A stretch of 64,000 bases of DNA from Candidatus Iainarchaeum sp. (GTDB lineage: Archaea; B1Sed10-29; WALL01), in contig JAGMCR010000013.1 of assembly GCA_023129115.1 (NCBI GenBank), forward strand, positions 26,726-90,725, given 5' to 3'. Below, one piece after another: positions 54,488 to 62,929 of this stretch. Below the pieces are notes generated by a model, which saw only the letters and a list, made by a program, of their open reading frames with translations, did not search any database and was not told the origin of the DNA. Position numbers and translations under genes: made by a program. The stretch's first letter is position 1; each line of letters opens with the position of its first letter.

Positions 54488-55132
54488 TTAGTTCTTACAA
54501 ACTACTAGCACATGGTCTTTTTCGAACGGCTCGAGCGGAATCACTTCAAGCACTTCAATTCCCGCTTCTTTTATCACGTTGATTTCTTTTTTGAACACTT
54601 GCTTCGGCTCCATCGACACGTCCACGCTCCGCGCCTTGATGCACAGCAAGCCGTAGCCCTTCACGAGCGCCATGTTCTTCACAAAAATAGCTGCCTGCCT
54701 CGGCTGCGCAACGTCCTGGTAAACCACTGACACTCCGTCCAAGTAATCCGCGTACTCCTCCGGGTGGTTCGCGTCCGCGAGCACGGGAACCATGTTCTCG
54801 CGCCGCTCGCAAAGCGGCAACAACTTCTCGAAAGCCCTCTGCGAAATCTCGACGCAAACGACAACCCCTTTCTCGACAACGTCGCTCACGTGCGACGGCG
54901 TCGTGCCCTGTGCCGCGCCGAGGTACAGCACCCCCGTGCCAGCGTCGAAAGGAAAGTTCTTCAATCCATTCATAATCGCCGCGGCCAGCTTGGATCGGTT
55001 CGGGTCCCACTGCCGCAGCTCGCCTGAGTTGTACTTCACGAGTTTTTCGCCGTACACGCGCTGCCCCGGGTCAAGGGACAAGGTATACAATTGCTTGCCG
55101 CCGCGGAACACGTTGTGGAAGAGCTTCTTCAT
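54488..55132 (-). CDS. flpA: Fibrillarin-like rRNA/tRNA 2'-O-methyltransferase
   Basis: VYGE, WDPNRSKLAAA, VLYLGAAQGTTPSHVSD and YQDVAQP. Confidence 0.95.
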   Translation of the reverse strand: MKKLFHNVFRGGKQLYTLSLDPGQRVYGEKLVKYNSGELRQWDPNRSKLAAAIMNGLKNFPFDAGTGVLYLGAAQGTTPSHVSDVVEKGVVVCVEISQRAFEKLLPLCERRENMVPVLADANHPEEYADYLDGVSVVYQDVAQPRQAAIFVKNMALVKGYGLLCIKARSVDVSMEPKQVFKKEINVIKEAGIEVLEVIPLEPFEKDHVLVVCKN

Positions 55133-55929
55133 TTAAGCGCGCTCGTAATCTTCTTTTCCAGTTCTTCATTCAGTGACTTGTCCAGGCCGTGATTGAAAAA
55201 GTCCATTCGCGCCGCAATCGCGAGCTTCCCCGCGACGAGCCGCGAGATCTTGCCCTTCTTGTTCTTTGGCGCCTGCATCACGTGCGGGTAAGCAAAAATC
55301 AGGCCGTGCTTAGGCGGCTTCACGCCCTTCCTGATGTGCGCGAAGAGCGCCTTTTCCGCACCCAATACCTGAATAGTTGACGCCGGCATTTCCGCGAGCC
55401 GCTCCAGCGACCCCGCCTTGGCAAGCAGCCGCGCCGACAGCAGCCCCCCCGCAATCGAGTGCATGTTGGGGCAGATTTCCGCGGTGGCCTCGTCTATGTA
55501 CTGCGCCAGTTCCTCGCGCTCGTTGTGCGCGTGTGCCGCGAGCGAGGCGAACTTTGCCAGGCTGTCCAGGTCAGTGTCGCTGACTTCGGCGCCCATGGTC
55601 TGCTCGGCAATCAGCTCGACTTTCTTGGCCTGGTCCTCGGGCAGGTACTTCATGAGCGCTTCCTTGCGCATGTCCCTCCGCGACTTTAGCACAGTGATTA
55701 TCTCGAGGTAAGTGTCAATGCTCTTCACGAGCTTCGCGAGCTCGGGGTAATGAATTGAGTACCAGTGCCGCACCCTCTCGGTCATCAGGTTTGCGACGTC
55801 GTCGAGCTCGTCGATGGCCTCGACTGCCTGTATCACCAGGTAGTCCCTCCCCGACTTCTTTTCCCTCACTTTTTCCTTGGCCAGGGCCAGGGCTTTTCTG
55901 CGCATTTGACGGGCGTCCATGTGAATCAC
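55129..55929 (-). CDS. nop5: Nop5/Nop56 C/D-box RNP subunit (short form)
   Basis: WYSIHYPEL, PASTIQVLGAEKALF and PPKHGLIF. Confidence 0.92.
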   Translation of the reverse strand: MIHMDARQMRRKALALAKEKVREKKSGRDYLVIQAVEAIDELDDVANLMTERVRHWYSIHYPELAKLVKSIDTYLEIITVLKSRRDMRKEALMKYLPEDQAKKVELIAEQTMGAEVSDTDLDSLAKFASLAAHAHNEREELAQYIDEATAEICPNMHSIAGGLLSARLLAKAGSLERLAEMPASTIQVLGAEKALFAHIRKGVKPPKHGLIFAYPHVMQAPKNKKGKISRLVAGKLAIAARMDFFNHGLDKSLNEELEKKITSALK

Positions 55930-55979
55930 CGTATTATTGTTGAGTGGGTATATAAAAACGTGGCCGCAGTAATAAGCTC

Positions 55980-56675
55980 ATGCCTTCTTTCAAGCGCAGG
56001 AGGAAGCTGTCGAGGGAAGAAGCCAAGTGTGTCAGCGACACCAGAAAACAACTTGAAGCCATGCAAGTCCACCCCAAGCTGGAAGGCGCCCTGAAAAAAG
56101 CCATCCGGAAAGCAAAGGAACTGGAGAGCCGTTCTTTCACTGGCAATAAGGACGAGAGGCTAACAGAATTGACTAGGTCGTACATGTCACTCCAGCTCCT
56201 CACGGAATCTGAGCCCCATCTTGTTGACTTGTGGAGTGGGGTTGACGAGATAAAGCTCGACCCCAGTTTGTTCGCCCTCCACACGGAGGAAGGGCCGGAA
56301 GTCGGCGGCGCCCTTATTGCGAAACGGGTCGTGAAGAACGGGAAAAACGTTTTGCACCTTTCTCCCTCGGTACGAGAGTCAATGAAACCAGAGGGGAAGG
56401 AAAGCCTTCTGTCAGCGCCCACACCATTGGCTGAGGGGGAAGCCGCCTTGTTCCACACTCACCCCAGTGGGGCTCTTTGGCTTTCTTTCCATGATGTTCT
56501 TGGCTTTAGGCTGCCGTACAGGCCCCATGTCGTCGTTGGAAAAGGCAAGGCAAGCCTCTATATCTCCAAGGAGCTCGCCGCTTTGACGAACCTTAAGACC
56601 GTTGGCGAGGACGAGCTTTTTGGCGAAAACTCTATGCTGATTGGTGCCAAGAACTTAATTCTGAGAAAGGAATAG
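55980..56675 (+). CDS. Orphan JAB/MPN-domain protein
   Basis: EVGG...FHTHPSG...LSFHD matches the JAMM motif. Confidence 0.65.
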   Translation: MPSFKRRRKLSREEAKCVSDTRKQLEAMQVHPKLEGALKKAIRKAKELESRSFTGNKDERLTELTRSYMSLQLLTESEPHLVDLWSGVDEIKLDPSLFALHTEEGPEVGGALIAKRVVKNGKNVLHLSPSVRESMKPEGKESLLSAPTPLAEGEAALFHTHPSGALWLSFHDVLGFRLPYRPHVVVGKGKASLYISKELAALTNLKTVGEDELFGENSMLIGAKNLILRKE

Positions 56676-56712
56676 CTAATTATATAAAAGCGTGGCGATT
56701 AAACCAACACGC

Positions 56713-58164
56713 ATGGGCCACTACGAAACACTGCAGGAATTGCTGCTGAAGAGGGCGATTGTTTACCCGAACAGCGAGCCGCACGGCCCTGTCGCGGGCT
56801 TCTATGACTACGGCAGCGTCGGCTCAGAGATAAAGCGCCGCCTCGAAGGCGAGTGGCGCTCGTTCTTCCTCTCGCTCGGCGACAACTTCCACGAAATCGA
56901 CTCCTGCCTGATTATGCCCCAGAGCGTGTTCAAGGCGTCTGGCCACTTGGAGCACTTCAAAGACCCTGCTGCCGTGTGCGGCAAGTGCGGCACAAAAAGG
57001 AAGGCCGACGAGCTCATGGAAGAGGCACTGGGCGAAAAGTTCGAGGGATTGTCTGCCCAGGAATTGGACGAATTAATCAAGAAGCACAAGCTCGTGTGCC
57101 CCAAGTGCAAGTCCAAGTTCAAGGGCATAGAGCCCTTTACATTAATGTTCCCGCTGGAGGCCGGCGCCGCGGAAAACAAGGCCGCTGTCTACCTCCGCCC
57201 CGAGACCGCGCAGGGCCCGTTCACCGCGTTCAAGCGCGAGTTCCGCGCCAACCGCGAGAGGCTCCCGCTCGGCCTGGCAATCATCGGCAAGGCGTTCCGC
57301 AACGAAATCTCGCCAAGGCAATTGACAATCCGCACGCGGGAGTTCACCCAGGCCGAACTGCAAATCTTTTTCGACCCGAAGGCCGCGCCGGAAGTCGACT
57401 ACAAGTCAATAAAGAAAAAGAAAGTATTGTTCGCGCTCCCCGGCAAGAAAGAAAAATCAATGGCCATCGACGAGGTAAAGAAGGCGACCAAGATGCCCGA
57501 GTTCATGCTGTACTACCTGGCGAAGGACTGGGAGTGGATGGAGTACCTCGGCCTCGGGAAATGCCTCCGCCTCGCGCAATTGTCGGAAGAGGAAAAAGCG
57601 TTTTACAACAAGTACCATCTCGACCTCGAAATCAAGATGCCTTCTTTTGACAAGTGGGTCGAGGTCGCGGGGTTCCACTACCGGACTGACCACGACCTGA
57701 AGGGCCACCAAAAGGTGAGTGGCCAGAAAATGCTTGTGCCCGGGAAGGACTACAACCCGCATGTGCTCGAGCTCTCGTTCGGCGTTGACCGCCTCGTGTT
57801 CGCCTTGCTCGACACTTCCCTCAAAGAAGGCAAGGAGGGCTGGTATTTCGCCCTTCCACCGCGGCTGGCGCCGTTCGACGCGGGCGTGTATCCCTTGGTC
57901 AACAAAGAGTCCCTGCCCGAAAAGGCGCGTGCCATACTGCAAACGCTCCGCGGCGACGGCATCAAAGTGTTCTTCGACGGCGGCGGCTCAATCGGCCGGC
58001 GCTACGCGCGTGCCGACGAAATCGGCGTTCCGTTCGGAATAACTATTGACTTCGATTCTTTGAAGGACAAGTCCGTGACCGTGCGCGACCGCGACACGCA
58101 GAAGCAGGACCGCGTGAAAATCAGTGATTTGAGTGGCTATTTATGGAAAAGGAAATCCGTTTGA
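56713..58164 (+). CDS. glyS: Glycyl-tRNA synthetase (alpha2 type)
   Basis: GFYDYG, LRPETAQG, FRNEISPR, REFTQAE and SIGRRYARADEIG. Confidence 0.95.
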   Translation: MGHYETLQELLLKRAIVYPNSEPHGPVAGFYDYGSVGSEIKRRLEGEWRSFFLSLGDNFHEIDSCLIMPQSVFKASGHLEHFKDPAAVCGKCGTKRKADELMEEALGEKFEGLSAQELDELIKKHKLVCPKCKSKFKGIEPFTLMFPLEAGAAENKAAVYLRPETAQGPFTAFKREFRANRERLPLGLAIIGKAFRNEISPRQLTIRTREFTQAELQIFFDPKAAPEVDYKSIKKKKVLFALPGKKEKSMAIDEVKKATKMPEFMLYYLAKDWEWMEYLGLGKCLRLAQLSEEEKAFYNKYHLDLEIKMPSFDKWVEVAGFHYRTDHDLKGHQKVSGQKMLVPGKDYNPHVLELSFGVDRLVFALLDTSLKEGKEGWYFALPPRLAPFDAGVYPLVNKESLPEKARAILQTLRGDGIKVFFDGGGSIGRRYARADEIGVPFGITIDFDSLKDKSVTVRDRDTQKQDRVKISDLSGYLWKRKSV

Positions 58165-58676
58165 GTGACGGCCGAACCGTTCTCGTGCGGGACATGCGTG
58201 CCGACGAAGACGTTTTTGAGCTGTCGAGTTTCATCAACGAATTAATTGAGGAAGGCGCGTTTCTTACTGAAGACACTCCTGTTCCACCTGAAAGAGAGGG
58301 GGACTGGGTGCGCGGCAAGATGAAGGAAGTCGAAGAGGGTCGCTGCATGATTTGGTGTGTTTTCCTTGACGGCAAGCGTGTTGGGGGGGGTGAGATTCGG
58401 CGCCCGAAGAACGCGGAGCGCAACGCGGCCAGTATGGGCATTGCGCTTTTGAAGGATGTGCGCGGCCAAGGCCTCGGCCATCGACTTATGTCAATGCTTA
58501 TTGAGGAAGCAAAGAAGCAGTGGCAGCCCGCAGTAATCTATTTGTTTCGGTTCGACGCGAACGAGGCGGCAAAAAATCTTTACGAAAAATTGGGGTTCGT
58601 TGAGTGCGGGAGAATCCCGAACGCGCTCTCCCACGGCGGCAAGCAAATGGACAAAGTGTTCATGGTGCTGAAATAG
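58143..58676 (+). CDS. GNAT-family acetyltransferase
   Basis: RGQGLG and N.AA.NLYEKLGF. Confidence 0.88.
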   Translation: MEKEIRLSDGRTVLVRDMRADEDVFELSSFINELIEEGAFLTEDTPVPPEREGDWVRGKMKEVEEGRCMIWCVFLDGKRVGGGEIRRPKNAERNAASMGIALLKDVRGQGLGHRLMSMLIEEAKKQWQPAVIYLFRFDANEAAKNLYEKLGFVECGRIPNALSHGGKQMDKVFMVLK

Positions 58677-58719
58677 CTTTTTATTCCTGCTTGGTATAAT
58701 AGGAAACAGGTGGTTTTGA

Positions 58720-59127
58720 ATGGGAAAAAGATCGGCACACAGCGCACAGAAAAGTCGGCCTGAGATTAGGCCCAGAAGGGGAATGAACAAGCTTGACGAC
58801 CTCAGCGTCAAGGCAAAGGGATTGGGCAGCTCGAACATTGTTCAGGTGCGCAAGATAACCCAAAAGCTTCAGGAGCTCGTGGAGGACGAAAAAATCAACG
58901 GAAAAGAGCACTCTGTTTTGATTGCCCCGCTCATGAAAAACATTGCAAAGCCCACTCTTGACATGGAAGTTCGCAAGGACACGCTTACCTTGGCCCTAAA
59001 GCTTTCGGAGCAGGGCGCATTGACAGAACAGCAGACGATTGACTTGACTGCTGCGGCCCGGAAAGGAATGAAGTTTGCGGGCGGCCACAAGCAATTCTTC
59101 CAAGATGCACTCGACTTATTGGAGTAA
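58720..59127 (+). CDS. Orphan helical protein
   Basis: 135-aa ORF filling the gap in the operon; basic N-terminus. Confidence 0.6.
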   Translation: MGKRSAHSAQKSRPEIRPRRGMNKLDDLSVKAKGLGSSNIVQVRKITQKLQELVEDEKINGKEHSVLIAPLMKNIAKPTLDMEVRKDTLTLALKLSEQGALTEQQTIDLTAAARKGMKFAGGHKQFFQDALDLLE

Positions 59128-59130
59128 ACA

Positions 59131-59937
59131 ATGATTAAAGTCGGCACAGCAGGAACGCCGAACTCGGCGGAAAAAAGGACGTCGTTCCACGGCGTGACGC
59201 GCATTCGCGAGCTTGGCCTGGACGCGATGGAGGTCGAGTTCACTTACGGCGTGCGGATGGGCAACGCCACCGCGAGGCAGCTGAAGAAGCACGCCGAAGA
59301 AAACAACGTCTCCCTCTCCGTGCACGGGCCGTACTACATAAACCTCAACGCGCGCGAGGCAAAGAAGCGCAAGGACTCCGAGAGGCGCATCCTCGAGTCC
59401 TGCGAAAAAGGCGCGTTGATGGGCGCGCGGAACATTTGCTTCCACCCAGGGTTTTACCTAAAGCAGGACCCCGACCTCGTCTACGCGAACGTGTACGACG
59501 AGTTAATGGCGCTCACCGAGATAATCGAGAAAAAAGAGTTGGGCGTCCGGCTCTGCCCCGAGACCACGGGCAAGCCCACGCAGTTTGGCTCGTGGGAAGA
59601 ATTAATGCGCCTCTGCAGCGACGTGCCGGGGCTCGGCATGACCTTTGACTTTTCCCACGTCTATGCCCGCGAGGCGGGCAAGGGGGACTTCGACGAGGCC
59701 CTGAAGGCAATGAAGAAAGAGCTGGGCGCGAGTTTTCTCCACGACCTGCACATGCACTTCTCGGGAATCATCTATACAGAAAAGGGCGAGCGCAGCCACT
59801 GCGACATGGACGACTGCGGCGAGCCCGGGTTCAAGCCAATCACCGACTCAATGAAGAAGTGGCACCTCGGCGGGACAGCGATTTGCGAGTCCCCCAACCT
59901 CGAGACGGACGCGCTGAAGCTCAAGAAGATGCTTTGA
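59131..59937 (+). CDS. nfo: Endonuclease IV (AP endonuclease family 2)
   Basis: HGPYYINLN, FHPG, ETTGK, DFSH, HMHFSG and ICESP. Confidence 0.92.
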   Translation: MIKVGTAGTPNSAEKRTSFHGVTRIRELGLDAMEVEFTYGVRMGNATARQLKKHAEENNVSLSVHGPYYINLNAREAKKRKDSERRILESCEKGALMGARNICFHPGFYLKQDPDLVYANVYDELMALTEIIEKKELGVRLCPETTGKPTQFGSWEELMRLCSDVPGLGMTFDFSHVYAREAGKGDFDEALKAMKKELGASFLHDLHMHFSGIIYTEKGERSHCDMDDCGEPGFKPITDSMKKWHLGGTAICESPNLETDALKLKKML

Positions 59938-59938
59938 T

Positions 59939-60937
59939 TTACTTGCGCAGAGAGTGTTTTTGTTTCTTTAGTAGGTCTCTGGCTATTTTTCCGCCTTGTT
60001 GCGAGTGCATGCATTCCGAGTAACGTATTCTTCCTTGTTCTGGTTTATCATACTCATACAAGTGACCAAGTCTGCCCGTTAAGTAGTTAATCACCTTCTG
60101 CTCTTTCACTGTCTTGCTGGTCTTCCCGTCATAGTAGGCATCATTAAACACATAGTTTAAATGTATGTTGTAGTACTGTCCCGCCCTTGTACGTTTCCCA
60201 ACCTTGTTTGGGGTAAACTCCGCGAGTTTTTCATTGTGCACCTCAAGTCGTGCATCTCCCTCAACCGTGCTTTGGGCAAACTCCGTGACTTTTTCATTGT
60301 GCTCGTCGAGTGCCTTGGTCAGGGGGGCTATGCCAAACCCCGCTTTTTCCATGCTTTGGCGCGCAATCTCTTCCGCGAGCTGTTCCCTCGTCTCGACACC
60401 ACCCCGGATTTGCCGAGGGAATTGCCTTTCCACCTCGTGGCCGAGCTCGTGCGCCAGGAAATCCAAAAACAGTAGTTCAGTCTGCTCTGCTTTCCCGGTG
60501 CCTTCGATATCAAAGTCTTCAGCGAGCCTCTGGGCTTGGGTGAGGTCGACTCGGACGGCTGTGCCCTCCTTTGGCTCTTCGCCCCCGTGGACAATCTGCC
60601 CGTTGCTGTAGACAGCCAAGCGGCTGCCCTCCGCCCTCGCCTTCCCGGGACTGGTAGTAGTGGAGACCCCCCCGCGGAAAGACAAGACAAGAATCGCGGG
60701 CTCCTTCAGCTCGGCGCCGTGCTCCCTGCCAATCTCGAAGACCGAAGAAATGACTTTCTTGAGTTTTTCGTCCAGCTTCCCGGTGGAGACCTTTTTTTCA
60801 TAAAACTCTTTGGCCTGCCTGTCCCACTCGCCCATCTTATGCTGGATGGCATCCTCCATTTCCGGAGTTACTTCTCCCGCTTCCACTAGCAGCCTGTCGA
60901 GCTCAAGAGGCGTCAGCTTTTTCAGGTCTATGGCCAT
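59939..60937 (-). CDS. Orphan zincin-like protein
   Basis: LAHELGH followed by EQLAE. Confidence 0.65.
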   Translation of the reverse strand: MAIDLKKLTPLELDRLLVEAGEVTPEMEDAIQHKMGEWDRQAKEFYEKKVSTGKLDEKLKKVISSVFEIGREHGAELKEPAILVLSFRGGVSTTTSPGKARAEGSRLAVYSNGQIVHGGEEPKEGTAVRVDLTQAQRLAEDFDIEGTGKAEQTELLFLDFLAHELGHEVERQFPRQIRGGVETREQLAEEIARQSMEKAGFGIAPLTKALDEHNEKVTEFAQSTVEGDARLEVHNEKLAEFTPNKVGKRTRAGQYYNIHLNYVFNDAYYDGKTSKTVKEQKVINYLTGRLGHLYEYDKPEQGRIRYSECMHSQQGGKIARDLLKKQKHSLRK

Positions 60938-60980
60938 TAGCTATTCTTTAGGCACTCACGGCTTAAAAGCGTTAGCTGCC

Positions 60981-60999
60981 CAAGAAGATGCTGGAGTAA
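60981..60999 (+). repeat. Short copy of the nfo 3' end (KKMLE*)
   Basis: CAAGAAGATGCTGGAGTAA, located between two cargo units. Confidence 0.55.
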
Positions 61000-61042
61000 G
61001 CCCGAAAAACTTAAATATAGGGTATACCATAGTATCCCCCAG

Positions 61043-61243
61043 GTGATACAAATGGAAACTGTGCCGGCAAAGCTTACTCAACGGCTTGTTATGGAGCTTG
61101 ACGAGCTAGTGAAGGAGGGTTGGTACGCGAACCGGTCTGAGGCTGTCCGGGATGCTGTGCGGGAGCTGGTTGAAAAGATGCGGGTGGAGCTGCTGGAAGA
61201 GGCAATAAAGAAGGATATTGAATGGGGACTGTATGGCAAGTAA
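61043..61243 (+). CDS. Ribbon-helix-helix (CopG-like) antitoxin
   Basis: LDELVKEGWYANRSEAVRDAVR. Confidence 0.85.
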   Translation: MIQMETVPAKLTQRLVMELDELVKEGWYANRSEAVRDAVRELVEKMRVELLEEAIKKDIEWGLYGK

Positions 61244-61742
61244 GCTCACCGCAGTTTCCGACACTGGCCCTGTTATCCACCTTTGGGAAGTGGGCTGCCT
61301 AAAAGCGTTTAAGGTGTGTGGCCGGCTTTTTGTGCCGACGGCAGTGGAGTCGGAGCTGGGGAAAAAAGGTGGGGCCAAAAGGGTTCCCGGGCTAAAAGTC
61401 GTGGGGCTGACGAGGAAGGAGAAGGACTTGTCCGCGTATGTCTCACTGAAGTATGGCTTGGGGATGGGCGAGTCAGAAGCAATCACGCTCTGCAAGTCAA
61501 GAAAAATAAAGATGTTTTTCACCGATGACCTTGGGGCACGGCTGGTGGCCGAAAGGGAAAATATTGAGGCCCACGGGAGTGTTGGGATATTGTTGAGGGC
61601 GTTCAGGGAAGGCATACTGGGCGAGGAGGAAGCAATAAAAGCCCTCGACGGCCTTGCCGGCAAGTCCACGCTCTTCATAACTTACCCGCTTGTCGAGGAA
61701 GCCATACGCGCGGTCAAAAAATATTCGAGACAGACGCTTTGA
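61233..61742 (+). CDS. PIN-domain toxin (DUF3368-like)
   Basis: VSDTGP, AVESEL, GESEAI, TDDLGAR and GSVGIL. Confidence 0.85.
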   Translation: MASKLTAVSDTGPVIHLWEVGCLKAFKVCGRLFVPTAVESELGKKGGAKRVPGLKVVGLTRKEKDLSAYVSLKYGLGMGESEAITLCKSRKIKMFFTDDLGARLVAERENIEAHGSVGILLRAFREGILGEEEAIKALDGLAGKSTLFITYPLVEEAIRAVKKYSRQTL

Positions 61743-61765
61743 AGCTCAAGAAGATGCTGAAATGA
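61725..61765 (+). repeat. Copy of the nfo 3' end (ETDALKLKKMLK*)
   Basis: 4 synonymous differences from 59900-59937; its stop overlaps the ATG of the next gene. Confidence 0.9.
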
Positions 61766-62250
61766 TTGAGACGACCATTGAGGACATCATGGCCAAAGCG
61801 AGGGAGCTGCAGGCACAGGGAAAGGACTGGCATTTCCACATGCTTATCCCGGGCTGCGGGTTCAACAAAAAGAGGGACAGGCACGCGTTCGTCCTCGAGG
61901 ACGAAACCGACGGCGTCGCCTACGTAAATTATTCGGGCCACTGGCAAAAGGAGCAGGGCAAAGAATTGGTCAGCATGCTCCACGGCAAAAAAATCGTGGC
62001 CGAGTCAACAGAACAAATCGCTGACGAGACCATTAACAAAATCCTTGCGCGGGCGAAAGAATTGAACGAGCAAGGCGTCCACTGGCACCACCACATGCTC
62101 TTCCCCAATTGTATTTACAGCAAGCACCCCGGGAAATGGGTGATTATTTTTGAGGACCCGGACGGAGGAACACTTGAATCAGTAAGCGACGACGAGCCCA
62201 AGGAAAGCCTTAGGCAGATTGAAGTGCTTTACTACGCGCAGAAGGCCTAA
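61762..62250 (+). CDS. Hypothetical protein with two internal His/Cys repeats
   Basis: WHFHMLIPGC and WHHHMLFPNC in duplicated halves. Confidence 0.75.
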   Translation: MIETTIEDIMAKARELQAQGKDWHFHMLIPGCGFNKKRDRHAFVLEDETDGVAYVNYSGHWQKEQGKELVSMLHGKKIVAESTEQIADETINKILARAKELNEQGVHWHHHMLFPNCIYSKHPGKWVIIFEDPDGGTLESVSDDEPKESLRQIEVLYYAQKA

Positions 62251-62897
62251 GCTTTTTCCGCGATACACGCGTAAGCAATATCAGTCAAGCCCCTAAACCT
62301 TGTGTTGAAGCCGAGCTCTTTGAGCGATTCCTCAAGCCACTCTTTCTCAATTCGCCACGACACGAATCCTTCCCGCGTGTGGACCCGGTCACAGTCTTCA
62401 TCGGTGCTTGTTATGGCCCACCCGCACTGCCCGTAAAACTTCTTTCTTTCTTCCAGCGAGCCAGGGAGGTAACTGGTTATCACGATTTTTTTCTTTGTCA
62501 CCCTCGCCATTTCCTTCAACGCTTTTTCCGTGTCGAGAATGTTCCCAAGCGTGTTGAACATGCACAAAGTGTAATCAAAAGAACCGTCAGCGAATGGCAT
62601 TTCCTTGACGTTTGCCTCTATCACCGCCACGTTGTAAATCCCAGCAAGGCCCAGGTTCGCGGCGTTCAAAAGAGGCTTGCTCACGTCGATTCCTATCCCT
62701 TTTTTCAGCCTCGGGGACAAGAGCTTCAAGTGTTTTCCCCTCCCCGAGCCAACGTCGAGAAGAGTCACGCCTTCCTCAATGGCTTCATCCAGCAGCTCTT
62801 CCTCTGCCTTCCAGTACAGGAGGATTTTCTCGGTGGCGCAAGCAGGATCAACAATCAGTCCCCCGCCGCTGTTGTAAAACTCCTCCACAGTATCCAT
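62247..62897 (-). CDS. Class I SAM-dependent methyltransferase
   Basis: LLDVGSGRG, GIDVS and MPFADGSFD. Confidence 0.85.
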   Translation of the reverse strand: MDTVEEFYNSGGGLIVDPACATEKILLYWKAEEELLDEAIEEGVTLLDVGSGRGKHLKLLSPRLKKGIGIDVSKPLLNAANLGLAGIYNVAVIEANVKEMPFADGSFDYTLCMFNTLGNILDTEKALKEMARVTKKKIVITSYLPGSLEERKKFYGQCGWAITSTDEDCDRVHTREGFVSWRIEKEWLEESLKELGFNTRFRGLTDIAYACIAEKA

Positions 62898-62929
62898 TGC
62901 AGAAGCTATAGGCTTTCATCCATAAAACT

